The position numbers were made by a program, and so were the translations under genes. The notes beneath the pieces are model-generated. The model made no database searches, was not told the origin of the DNA, and saw only the letters and a list, made by a program, of their open reading frames with translations. Shown here in pieces: positions 49,745-62,552 of a stretch of DNA of 64,000 nucleotides; position 1 is the stretch's first letter, and each line of letters begins with the position of its first letter. Source of the DNA: Dictyostelium discoideum (taxonomy: Eukaryota); the NCBI GenBank assembly GCA_000004695.1, contig CM000152.2:4256001-4320000 (forward strand), read 5' to 3'.

Positions 49745-51064
49745 ATGTTATTTAAATTAATAAAGTTACTATTATTTTTTATTTTAGCTATAATAGTATT
49801 TAAAATTGAAAATACAGACAGTATTACAAATACAATAAATTATAAATATCACCAACATAGTAATAATACATATAGTAATACAAAAAATAAAATGAAATCA
49901 TGGAGAAATATGGCAATTGATTTAATAAAGGAAGAACAAGCAAGAGAAGATTATAGAAATAATAATTTTACAATTATAGACGGTAGTAATAAAAATGATT
50001 CATCTCAACAACAACAACAACAACAACAAGCAATTGTAGAAGCACCATTATATACTAAATTAAAGAGACAATATAGCAGATATTATAGATTTAAAGTGAA
50101 GGATACAATTAATCATCAATATTTAATGAACTATTTCATTCAAACTGAATTTGATAAAGATACAATGGATTTTATAATGGAAACACCAAGATGGAATTTC
50201 GTTTCAAATGCTGCAAATTGGATAATGTCATGGATGTATACAAAAACTGATATTATGGGATTCATTGGTAAAGGTAATATGATGTGTCTTTCAACTTATC
50301 AATATAAACAAATTCTAAAAATAAATAGAACTTTGCCAACTATAAAATTTGATGAAGAAGACGACAATGACCAAGATCCACTTAAAGTTTACTATGAATC
50401 ATTATTAGATATTGGTGCTGGGTGTGGTTCAACAACATTATCAATGAAACCATTATTTAAAAATGTAACTGCAACAGAAGCTTCAAAAGGTATGATCTAT
50501 AGTTTAAATAAAAAAGGTATTGATTCCGTATTTTGTTTAGATTTAGAAACTTGTGATCAATTAAAAAATAAACAATATGATATAGTATCTTGTTTAAATG
50601 TTTTAGATAGATGTGAAAAACCAATTAGTTTATTAAAGTAAGTTTTTTTTATTTTTTTTTTTATTTTTTAATTTTTAAAACTAATACAAGTATTAATATT
50701 ATATATAAATATTAATATTATATATAGCACAATTAAGAAATTTTTAAAACCAAATGGTAAATTAATATTAGCAGTAGTATTTCCATTTAATCCTTATGTT
50801 GAATTTGGTGGTATTGATAATTCACCAATTGAAACAATAAATTTAGATCAAGAAACATTGTCAGAATATGTTGACTCTTTTAACAAACAAGTTTTCATTC
50901 CAAATAATTTCGAAATTGACTCATTCACTGTGGGACCTTATATTTCAGAAGGTGATGCACTTTATCAAAACTATGTTTTAACTGATGTTATTTTTGTTTT
51001 AAAAGTTAAAAATGAAGATCACTCAAATAATAAAATTTCAAATGATTTAATGTCTTGTGATTAA
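49745..51064 (+). CDS. METTL9/DREV-family SAM-dependent methyltransferase with an N-terminal signal/anchor. Exons 49745..50637, 50728..51064
   Basis: LLDIGAGCGSTTLSMKPLFKNVTATEASKGMIY...YDIVSCLNVLDRCEKPISLLK|N|TIKKFLKPNGKLILAVVFPFNPYVE...YVLTDVIFVLK aligns with the METTL9 blocks [35 protein letters not shown] and YVLDDAVFVLK. There is a GTAAGT donor, and the acceptor at 50727 is phase-consistent. Confidence 0.8.
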
Positions 51065-51170
51065 ATTTTAAAAAAGAAAATAAAAAATAAAAAATAAAAA
51101 CAAATTATTTATTATATTATATACAAAATTGAAATGAGTTTTATTTATCTCCTTTTTTGTTTATTTTTAT

Positions 51171-52826
51171 TTATCTTTTTCTATCTCTATCCCTATCTAT
51201 ATCTCTTTCTCTTCCTCTACCTCTATCCCTGTCTCTTTCTCTTTCTCTACCTCTATCCCTATCTCTTTCTCTGTCTCTATCTCTGTCTCTATCTTTTTCT
51301 CTTTCTCTATCTCTATCTCTATCCCTATCTTTTTCTCTATCTCTATCCTTTTTCTTATCTTTATATTTTTTCTCTTTTTTCTTTTCCTTTCTTCTTTTTC
51401 TTCTTTCATAATCAGAATCATCACTTGATGAATCAGTGTCACTACTTGAATCACTTATATCACTAAATTGAGATAAATAAGATTTAACGTTTTCAACCCA
51501 CTCCTCTTTTTCTTGTTCTTTTTTTTCTTTTTTCTCTCTCTTTTCTTTTCTTTTCCTTTCCTTTTTTTCCTTTTTCTTTTGTTCTTTTTTTAATTTCTTT
51601 TCTTCTTTTGATAAAGGTTCATTTAGTTCTTTTATTATACTTTTTAGTAATGGTGAAATTGATTCTTTTGTTTGTTGTTTTTGCTCTTGTTCTTTCTGTT
51701 TTTGATCTTGTTTTAAAAAAGAAGAAAATGGGTCTAAAGTGTTGTCTTGTTGTTTTTGTTGTTGTTGTTGATCTTGTTTTAAAAAAGAAGCAAAAGGATC
51801 TAATGAACCATCCTGTTTTTGTTCCTGTTGTTTTTGATCTTGTTTTAAAAATGCTGAAAATGGATCTAATTCATCACCATTTGACTCTTTATTTTTCTTT
51901 TGTTGTTGTTGTTGATCTTGTTTTAAAAATGAAGAAAATGGGTCTAATTGATCATCAGACATAGGCTCCATTTTTTGATCTTCACCATTTTGTTTATCAT
52001 CACTTTCAAATATTGCCTTAAATAAATCGATTGGAGGTCTTTTGGCCTCCTTAACTTGAAATTCACCATTACTTTCAAATGTTGATACATTATATTGATC
52101 ATTATTACCAAATAATTCTTCAAGATTTAATTGAGCTGTCATATTTAATGTTGATGCTGCTGTTACTGTGGTAGAAGTTGGACTACTACTTGATTGTAAA
52201 ATAGGAGATGGTGATGGCGATGATTGTGTGGTTGCAGTGGGTATTGAATTTCGAATATTTGAATTTTGCTGTGTTGGTGAATTAGTTTCAAATGTAGCAT
52301 CAAATGGTATTTGATAATGAGTTGGTATATTTAGTTTTGATTTCCAATCATTTGATGATTTTTGTTTTAATTGCTTTTCAATTTTAAAATTTTCAACCTC
52401 TTCTCTTGAGTAAGGTGGCTCAACATTGAAACGTCTACATAATAATAGTTCAGGTACCCATTTTTCAATTAATTTCTTTGATTTAGTTTTTAATTTATTA
52501 TTATTATCTTTATTTTCATTAGATGTTGATGAAGAAGATGATGATGATACAAATCTATCATTTAATTTACTTTGAAGTGGTGAAAATGATTGAGCATACC
52601 TTTCAAAAACTTTATTCTCTTTTTCTTTTTCAATCTCTGAAATATCTCTATAACTTGAATAGTTTATTAATGATTGTTCTTTTAAATTCTTATCACCTTG
52701 TTTATCAAGTATATACTCATTAAATCTTAACCTTCTACCTGGATCCATTAAATATTCCATTGATTCTTTAATTATATTACCTGAGTTAATTATTGATTGT
52801 TGTGGTTGTGGTTGAATATTTTGAGT

Positions 52827-52879
<53 letters not shown>

Positions 52880-53167
52880 GCTGTTTTTGTTTATTAATTG
52901 AAAGTTGTAATTCACCTAATAAATTTGATCTTTGAATTGGAGTGATTGTTACAATATTTGTAGGTTTTTGTAAAATATTTTTATCTAATGGTGAAGTGAA
53001 TTTATGGTAATAATTAAAGTTAATTGGTAATTGTGGTGGTGGGAACCATTTAATTTCAAATGAAGTTTGACCACTACTTAATATAAATCCTTTCAAAGGT
53101 AATGTGCCATCAGAGCATCTTATTGTATATTTATTATCAATGGGTCTTAAAAAATCAACTATACCAC

Positions 53168-53200
<33 letters not shown>

Positions 53201-54514
53201 TCTTTATTTTATTGTTTTTACTACCTAACCAAGTATTTTTATCTCTTTCTCTCTTTTTATCGAATAAACCAGTATCATAAATATCATCATGATTTTCATT
53301 ACCATATAAATCGAAACCTTTGTCATCATCATCTTCTAATGCACCCAATCCAAATGATCCGATTGAAGACTTTGATGAATCCATTGATACACGGTTTGAA
53401 TTTGATTTTTGATTTTGAAAACGCATATTTTTTACATCTTCAGAAGGTTCATAACCAACACCATAAACATTATTCTTTTGTCTAATGTCTAATAGTTTTT
53501 TACTTGGTTCATTTAAAAGTATATTTTTATAAGCTTCTTCATCACCTGTTTCATCCTCTTCATTATCATCACTTTCATCACTTTCATCAACATCTTCATT
53601 ATCACCATTATCGAATGTATTATTATTATTATTATTATTATTAGTAGTAGTATTTTGAATGATTGATAAAATTGATTGAGGTATTTCTTCACCATCTTTA
53701 AGCTGTGATAATAGTTCAGAGGGTATTTCAACACCATCTAATGAAACCAATGATGATGATGATGATGAATGTCTAGACTTTTTATTTATTTTATTTGATT
53801 GCCTTTGTTTCTTTCTTTTTAATTTATTTTCTAATTGAATTCTCTTTAATTGACCCATAGGTTCATTCTTTAATTTATTCACACCCATTAATTTTAATAA
53901 TTTTACACCTATAGATTCTTTTGATGCTTCAACTATATTATTATTACTACCTTCATTAAATAAACTTTTTAAATTATTTGTATTTAAATTATTACTATCT
54001 AAATTATTATTATTATTATTATTATCATTATCATTACCAAAACTACCCAATCCACTGAAATAATTAAAATCAGAATGAGTTGTTAATTCTTTTGCTCTAT
54101 GTGTTAAATCTTCTTCATCCATAAAATCTTCTGGTTTTAATGGTTGAATATTATTAGATACTCTTTCAGTTTTTGATGATTTAAAAGTTGACGGTGTCCA
54201 TCCTTCTTTTGAACCAACTGAATTGAAATAACCTGCTGAAAATCCACCTGTAAATGCACCATGAATCTCTTTCTACCACTTTCATCCATTACCTCTTGTT
54301 TATGAATCGGTTTAAATGATTCTTTAAATGTTTTATTACTATTTGGTGTAAAATCATCATCATCTTTAAATTCAAATAATGTTCCAATTAATTTATTATT
54401 ATTTTTATTATTATTATTCTTTTTTTTTATATAATTATAATTTTCTTCATTTTCATTATTATTGCTATTATTACTATTATAATCATAAAAATTATTATAA
54501 TTATTTCTTTTCAT
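51171..54514 (-). CDS. GPATCH1-like protein (DUF1604 N-terminal region, G-patch-like motif, C-terminal RD/RE-repeat tail). The reading frame is interrupted by an apparent 1-nt deletion near 54263
   Basis: Frame A (54514..54137) encodes MKRNNY...[18 protein letters not shown]. Frame B then encodes (I)[39 protein letters not shown] and runs on through the 983-aa ORF to 51171. The conserved GPATCH1 block is ..[30 protein letters not shown], so the expected ..agattcCatggt.. is present as ..agattcatggt.. with one C missing. [12 protein letters not shown] is G-patch-like. The tail is [15 protein letters not shown]... . Confidence 0.6.
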
Positions 54515-54869
54515 ATTTCTTTTGTGGTGGGGGTGAAATGAGAAATGAATTAATGAAAAAAAAAAAAAAATAAAATAAAATAAAATAAAAAAAAAATAAA
54601 AAAAAATAAAAAAAATAATTAAAATCCCATCTGAAGAATTTTCTTTTTTAATAAAAAATTAAAAAGCTAAGAAAAAAAAAAAAACTAAAATTAGTTTTGT
54701 AATTTACCATTACTATCAAATAAAAAATTTAAAATAATAATTTTTTTTTTTTTTTTTTTTTAATTTTTCTAAAGGATTCATTTTTTTATTTTTTTATTTT
54801 TTTTTTTTTATTTTTTTTCGTTGGATTTGATTAAATTAAATTTATCAGTCACAAGAAAAAAACAGAACG

Positions 54870-55188
54870 ATGTCAGGTGATAAACTTAAAGCCACATTAA
54901 CAATTGGAATTACAGATAGCGAATTAATAAATTTAGAATCTAATGGTAATGATATCACAGATGAATATATAAAAAATGAATTTCAAGAGGACACAAGTAA
55001 AGGTGGAATCAATGATTTATTAAAAAACATCATATCAATGCAACAAATTACCAATGTCGAATTAACAAAATTTGTAAATAAAGAAAAATCTGAAAAATTA
55101 GCCACAATTGACCAAACAGTACAAACAAAATCAAAAAAACAACAAAATAAAGGTAAGGTATCTATATCATAATATTTATTATCCCACA

Positions 55189-55233
<45 letters not shown>

Positions 55234-55391
55234 CAATACTAACATCAATTTTATATGTTTTAGAAAAACAGCAACAAAAACAGCAACAACAACAACAACA
55301 AAATAAAAAAAGAGTAGAAAATGATAATGGTAATGGAAATGATACAAACAATGAAGATGAAAAAGTTGTGAAACAACAAAAATTGGAATGA
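54870..55391 (+). CDS. Small charged protein of unknown function. Exons 54870..55152, 55264..55391
   Basis: ORF MSGDKLKATLTIGITDSELINLESNGNDITDEYIKNEFQEDTSKGGINDLLKNIISMQQITNVELTKFV...KQQNK, then a GTAAGG donor. The 111-nt intron contains T50. The acceptor tttAG at 55263 continues [41 protein letters not shown]. Confidence 0.45.
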
Positions 55392-55610
55392 AAAAATAAA
55401 TAAATAAAAATAAAATTGTATAGATAAGATTAGATTTGATTATTTATTATATTGTATTACTGTGGTATAGATACACACACACATTTTCACGCATAATATA
55501 ATAAGATTTATTTATGTGGTACATTTTATTTTATTATTTCAATTTCTGTATATTTTTATTATTATATATATTTTATCCTGTTGTTTTTTATTTTGTTTCT
55601 GTATTTTTAA

Positions 55611-55745
<135 letters not shown>

Positions 55746-55776
55746 ATTATTATTTTATTTTTTTAATAATTTAATA

Positions 55777-57614
55777 CTAAAGATTTAAAGAAATATTTGA
55801 CCAATCTTCCCAATATTGTTTTGCTTTTGTTAAAATAGCAACCCATTCTTTCATTGAATCTTCAGATTCAGCGGCTAAAAGTAAAGTATGTTTTGGATGA
55901 ACCAATTGAAAGCAATGAATATAGGGTTTGAATTTTTTATCTTTTGGAAGGATTTCAATTGATTTAATTTCTAAAATGATTAATTCACCTTGAGGTTTTG
56001 GATCGTTATTATATTTATAATAGAATAAAACATCACGTTCCAAAGAGAACCAACGAGTTTTCCAACTTTTCATTAACCCATTCATTTTGAAGAGGAAACC
56101 CGATTTGGAGGGTAACGTATCGAACTTCTCTCTCAAAGCATCCTCAGCCATGAAATCTGGATAAACATATTTCAATAACCAATTCTGACTTTTTGAACCA
56201 TTTAATAGGAATTCGGTTGTTGTCGATCTAATCATACCATCCACTAAAATTAAAACTTCTTCTGGTTTCAGTGGACGATTATTGTATAGAATCGTTTCAA
56301 TCTTTTCCCTAATCTTTTTTTGTGCGATTGCTGTTGACTCTTCACCAATTGTTACACCACCAATCTCTCTACTAATTTTAAATGTACATAAATAATAACG
56401 TAATGAATCCACTAAATCACAAAGTTTAGTTGATGATGTTCTATCTGATTGTTCCTCCAAAACTTTACCACAAAACCATAAAACTGATGCAATATCAATT
56501 GATGGTACTTTATAACTTTTAATACCCATCTGTATAAATAATTCAATTGTATTCTTTACTTGTTCATATTTATCAATCTTTACAAATGTATTAATTAATG
56601 CTTCATAAATTAATTTTTCTTCTCTATATTTAAAAAAAAATTTTAAAATTAATATAAATTTTCTTTTTTTTATTATATATATATATCAAAATTTTAATTT
56701 ATACTTTAAACCTGAATTATTTAAAATTGTTAAAATTTCTTGATAAGTTTGGATTGCATTTAAATATTTCTTTTCAGTTTGTTGTAATTTTGATTGTTCT
56801 AATGAAATTGAGATTAAAGCTTTTCTAATTTCAGTTGTTCTTTCTTGTGATTGATTACTTGTATCTTTTAATGATTCATAGTATAAAGTTGTTAAACATA
56901 CATTACATTGATTCAATGTATTAATTAAAATATCAGTTGGTGTTTGTATTATACATTGTGATGAGGATGATGATACTCTTGATTGTAATGGTAAATGTGC
57001 TCTTGATGGTGATATACCAATATTACCATTATTAAATGTTGTTGTTGTGGTTGCTGTTGTATTATTAGTATTAGTAGTATTAACACCACTACTAATATTT
57101 GATAACGAAGAAGAGGATGCCGATGACGATGATGATGATAATGATGATGATGATAATGATGGTGAAATTGGTTGTGGTTGATTTTGTGATGGGGTTGTTG
57201 GTAATAATGTTTTAGCAGTTGGTTTAATATATTGTTGTTGATGTAATTGAAATTGTTGTTGTTTTTGAAGTTTTTGTTGTTCATTAGTTTGTTGAATATA
57301 TTTATGAATGTCTAATACCAATTGATAGAATGTTGTATAACCACCCTCTGCTTTACCCTTGAATGATTTTATAAATACTTTTGATGATTTATCATATTGA
57401 TTATTCTCCAACATTGATAATCCCAATAAATCTAAACATATACAAACTTCATTACTATCTCCACCATATAATATCTCTCTAATATGTAATGATTGATTAC
57501 CAAATTGAACTGAATCTTCATATAAATTACATTTTCTACATGAATCCGCTAAAATATACATTAAATAACCACAAATTGGTGATTCCCTTTGGAAGGTTTT
57601 TTTTAAATAATTAG

Positions 57615-57681
<67 letters not shown>

Positions 57682-57915
57682 TTAGTATGCAGTAAATTTT
57701 AATTATTAATTATTAATTATTAATTATTACTTTAAAACAACTTCATCTATTGCTGGTAATAAACTTTTTAATGAATTTATTTTATTTAAACTTTGATCTT
57801 CTAAACATGCTTTTATAACTTTGGTAACTGTTTCAGAGTATTGTTGTTTATGTAAACCTGGTTTTAAAAATCTTAAATTGGTTTCAATGGTCTTATTGAT
57901 AAATGTTTCTGCCAT
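55777..57915 (-). CDS. TPR-like + C-terminal PH-domain protein. Exons 57915..57731, 57586..56705, 56623..55777, about 637 aa
   Basis: The PH domain is [53 protein letters not shown]...[33 protein letters not shown]. Exon 2 has TPR-like helices ([54 protein letters not shown]) and a Ser/Thr-rich linker. Introns are GTAATA..aaAG and GTATAA..tatAG, with phases checked. Confidence 0.65.
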
Positions 57916-58426
57916 AGTTGTAGTAATTAATAACTACCTTTATTAGTAGTATTTTTTTTTTTGGTTTTTTTTGTTTTTTTTTTTTTTTTTTGTTTTTTTT
58001 TTTGTTTGTTTTTTTGGGTGTATGTTTTTTTTTTTTTTTTTTTTTTTTTGTTTTATCCAAAAACTTGATTTACTATTGATTTGGAAAATTTCTTTTGACT
58101 TTTATGACTTTCTGTGTTTTTTTTTTTTTTTTTTTTTTTTGATTTTATGTGTATTACAAAGCCGAATGAATTTATGATGTGTATTTAAATTTGGGTTCTT
58201 GTCGTTTGGGATCTTTTTGACTTAAAAAAAAAAAAAAAAAAATTATTTTTTTAAATTTTCTTTTCTAAAATCAAAAAAAAAATAAAAAAAAAAAAAAAAA
58301 TTATTTTTTTTTATTTTTTTATTTTTTTTTTTATTTTTTTTTATTTTTCTAATTTTTTTATGAATCATTATAAAAAATATCTCAATCAGGTTCTATTGCG
58401 AGTCAAAAATAGTTTTTAAAGGGGTT

Positions 58427-58457
<31 letters not shown>

Positions 58458-58923
58458 TTTATTTTCTTATAAAAATTAATTATTAATAATGTTAATCCCT
58501 TTTTTTTTTTTATATTTAAGGTTTTATTATTTTTATTATTATTATTTTTTTTATTATTGATCATTATTTTTTTTTTTTTTTACACAGTTTTTCTTTTTTT
58601 CTTTTGCACTTTTTACAATTTTTATTTTTTTTTTTTTTTTTTTTTTTAAAGGGATGGGTGATTCTGTTCTCAAGATATTACTATTTTTTATTTTTTTAAT
58701 TGAAATTACCACCCTCAAAAAAAAATAAAATAAAAAAAATAAAAAAAATAAAAATAGCGCTAATCATAAATGGTTGTTGTGTTTAGAATAAAAAAATAAA
58801 AAATGAAAAAAAAAAAAAAAAAAAAAATGAAAATTTTTTTTTTTTTTATTTTTTTCACAATTATTTATTTTTTTTACAAAATAACGAGGATACCGATAAA
58901 AATAAAAAATTAAAAATTAAAAA

Positions 58924-59348
58924 ATGACAGATCCAACATGTGATATCTATACATCTAAAGTTAAATCATTAAAAAAAACATCACCAGCATCTTTAAATTC
59001 AAATAGAGCTATTGCATTATCAAGAACTAAATCAATAATTGCAAGTGATAATAAAGTTATTAAAATCAAAGTATGTGTGAAAAATAAAAATATCTTTTAT
59101 TTTTTTATTATTTTTTTTTACTAAAAATACATTTATTTTATATTATTATATTTTAGATTGAATTACCAAAAATTGAAAATAAAATATTTTCAAAAATTAA
59201 AGGTATTCCATCACCATTTAAAATTGAAACAAGTAATGAAACTATATATGACACAAAATTAAAATACGAAATCCAATCACTTTCATCATCAAAATCATAT
59301 GATAAAATATCAGCAATTGATTCAAGTGGATCAGTTTGGATTTCAAAT

Positions 59349-59383
<35 letters not shown>

Positions 59384-60454
59384 TGATGATGATGAAATTG
59401 TACATTCATATTCAATTAATTATGATAATAATAAATTTACAGAGTTAGGATGGGCAGGATCATCATTTAATACTAAAGATTCAACAATAATTGCAAAAAC
59501 TCAATTTTATCAAAAAAATATTCAAATTTATAAAGGTGATCAATTATCACAAACCATTCAATTAATTCAAAATCCAACTCAAATTAATTATTTTGATCAT
59601 GAAAAATCTCAAACTTCACTTTTAGCTATAACTGAATTTAATCAATTAAAAATTTTTGATCCAAGACAATCTTCAAATAATTGTTGTATTCAAAAGTTTA
59701 CTGTATGTATACATTTAAATTTATTAATTTATTTATTTTCAATTTGCGTGCGTGCGCACTAATCATTATATATATTTTTATTTTTTATATATAGCCAGGA
59801 ACATCATGGTTATATTCAATGGCGATTTCATCAAATTCAGAATATATAGCAGTTGGTGGATCATCAAGAACTGTTAGTGTTTATGATACAAAGAGATGGA
59901 ATAATTCAGGTAATTGGAAGAATTGTTTAAAGTACGAGATTACAAATATTGAATTTTCAAATACAAGACCTTCGATTTGTTATGTTGGTGGATTGGATTC
60001 AGAAGTTTTAGCAGGTGAATGGAATGGTTCAAGTGGTGTCGATCATTTCACTGGTCTTAGAGTTGATTCCAAATGGTTAGGTTTATCAAAATTAAGAGAT
60101 CAAGAATATATATTTGGTTATACTGGTTCTTCTTCAATCTATTATATCGATAATTGTGATAAATTATTCCAAGGTACTTTATCTGAAAAATCATTACACA
60201 ATACTTCAAAACAAGAAAAAAAACAACAACATCAATTAAATAATCAATTAAAACAACAACAACAAAAAGATAAACAAGAACAACAACAACAACAACAACA
60301 ACCAAATGAACAAGTTATGCAAGAAAGTGATAATAGTAATAGTAATAATAATAATAATAATAATGAAACAACAATTGGTAAAGCAAGATCAATTGAAGGT
60401 TCACCAACAGGTGATGAAAAACATCAATCAAAAAAATTAAAAAAGGAAGAATAA
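58924..60454 (+). CDS. Hypothetical protein, possibly beta-propeller/WD-like, with a poly-Q C-terminus. Exons 58924..59070, 59157..59702, 59795..60454, about 450 aa
   Basis: GTATGT donors lie at 59071 and 59703. Acceptors ttttAG at 59156 and tatatAG at 59794 restore one frame: ..VIKIK|IELPKIENKIF..CCIQKFT|PGTSWLYSMAISSNSEYIAVGGSSRTVSVYDTKRW... . No confident domain assignment. Confidence 0.55.
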
Positions 60455-60502
60455 ATAAATAATTTATTATTAAAACAAATAACTTTTTTATTTTTTTTAT
60501 TA

Positions 60503-61240
60503 TTATTTTGATAATTTTAAAATTGTACTAAATAATTGTATTCTTTGAGTAATATATTGTTGTTGAGTTAAATCTATTAATGGTTTAGATTGCCACATTG
60601 GAATTGTATTATTTAATTTATCGATTGTAATATTTGATGTATTACCATTTTTATAATCTTTAATATCATCAAATAGAATTTGTTTCATTTGATAATCTTG
60701 TTCATAATTATTATATGATATTGTCATAAATTCAATAAGATCACTAATTGATAATTCTAATTTAGTTTTACCTCTATTACTAATTATCTAAAATTGTATT
60801 AATTAATTTATTAATATTTTTTTAAATACTTTACACCCTAAATTATATTATATATATATATATATTAATAATTAATGATAAATTACATTTAAATCATTTA
60901 AATTTTTTAAATGAATTAATTTTTTTGAAATTTCTAAAAGATTATTTAATTTATTTAAATTATTATTTATATTTTCAATTGATTTTCTTATTGATTCAAT
61001 TGGTTCTTTTATTTTCATTATAAGTTGTTGTTGTTGTTGTTCTATTGAGGTTGTAGTTTTTGATTTAATTGTTGTCGATGATAAAGCACTTTCATCATCA
61101 ATATTACCTTCAATAGTTGAACAATAATCTAATATCTTTTCAAATTGATCATTTGATTCTTCATTGAAATGATCTATCTCTGATTTAATATCTTGAAATT
61201 CATTATAGTATTTTTGAATTTCAAGTAACGATATTTCCAT
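60503..61240 (-). CDS. Small coiled-coil protein of unknown function. Exons 61240..60887, 60787..60503, about 212 aa
   Basis: MEISLLEIQKYYNEFQDIKSEIDHFNEE...KLIHLKNLNDLN|IISNRGKTKLELSISDLIEFMTISYNNYEQDY...RIQLFSTILKLSK*. A GTAATT donor and ttttAG acceptor maintain the frame. Confidence 0.5.
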
Positions 61241-61249
61241 TTTCTTTTT

Positions 61250-61293
<44 letters not shown>

Positions 61294-61751
61294 TTTGGGT
61301 GGTAAAAAATAAAAAAAAAAATAAAAAAATAAAAAAAAAAAAAAAAAAAAATTTTTTATTTTTTTTTTAATTTTTTTTTTTTAAACAATAACCCAGTTTT
61401 ATTTTTTTATTTTTAATATGAATTTGGTTCTTAAAAATAAAACACCCAAAAATACACAAAATGATATAAAATTTGAAAAAAAAAAAAAAAAAATAAAAAT
61501 AAATCATTTTGTTTTTTTTTTTTTTGTTAGTCAAAAATTTTATATTTGGATTTATTTATTATCTTTTGTTATTTGCAAGGGTAATGATCAATATTTACAC
61601 TTTCTATAGAATAGTAAATTGAAAAAAAAAAAAAAAAAAAATGAAAAAAACAAAAAATTAAGTTAATTGGTTATTTCTATTTTTTTTTTTATTTATTTTT
61701 TTTTTTATTTTATATTTATAAAAAAAAAAGAAATTGATTAAAAACTAACAT

Positions 61752-62070
61752 TTAATATTTTCTGCATGGTGGTTGATAATGATTACATGGTGGTGGTGGT
61801 GGTGGTGGTTGACAAATTGGCTTTTTGCAGCCACCTCCGTTACCCCATGTTTTTGATGGTGGTCCTCCATATCCACTTGTTTGATTAGAGCTCAATTCCA
61901 TACCATTTGATGTTGAAGTAGAAATTGAATCATTTGATATCTTTAAACCATTACCTAAACTTGTGATTGAATCTGTTAAAGAATAATAATAATAATATTA
62001 ATAATATAGCAAAAAAAAAAAAAAAAAAAATATTTTAATCAAATATATAATATTTACCAATAATTGCCAT
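61752..62070 (-). CDS. Putative small (about 77 aa) Gly/Pro/Cys-rich protein. Exons 62070..62058, 61972..61752
   Basis: ATGGCAATTATTG|GTAAAT...aacAG|ATTCAATC... gives MAIIDSITSLGNGLKISNDSISTSTSNGMELSSNQTSGYGGPPSKTWGNGGGCKKPICQPPPPPPCNHYQPPCRKY*. The first exon is short, so confidence is low. Confidence 0.3.
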
Positions 62071-62162
62071 TTTATCTGTTTAATATATTTTTTCAAAATT
62101 ATTACTATTTTTTTTATTTTTTTTTTTATTTTATACAAATATACATTTTTACATATTTTGAT

Positions 62163-62194
<32 letters not shown>

Positions 62195-62552
62195 AATGAA
62201 TTAAAATATTTTAATTGGAAACACATTAACTTGTTTTAAAAACATAAATTATCAATACACCCATTTATTACCAAAAAAGTAATATTTTATTTTTCTTTGA
62301 TTAAATTTCAATCCCATATTAAAAATATTACCCCAATCTGAAAACATAACAACATCAAATAACATTTAAAATAAAAAAGATTATAAAACAAAATGAAATC
62401 ATATTATTCAAATACGATTAAAATTAAATAATAAAATCACCCATATTAATTTTTTTTTTTTTTTTTTTATTATCTTTTTTTTATATTAAATTTAAAAATG
62501 AAACCAAATGTGAAAAATAAAAGAAATTGAAATAGTGAAAGAAATAATTATT

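Noticed and set aside
51134-51466. Plus-strand ORFs encoding LYLYLFLYLY.. and SLSLSLSL..
   Set aside because: These are reverse-strand read-through of the RDRDRERE repeat region of the minus-strand GPATCH1-like gene.
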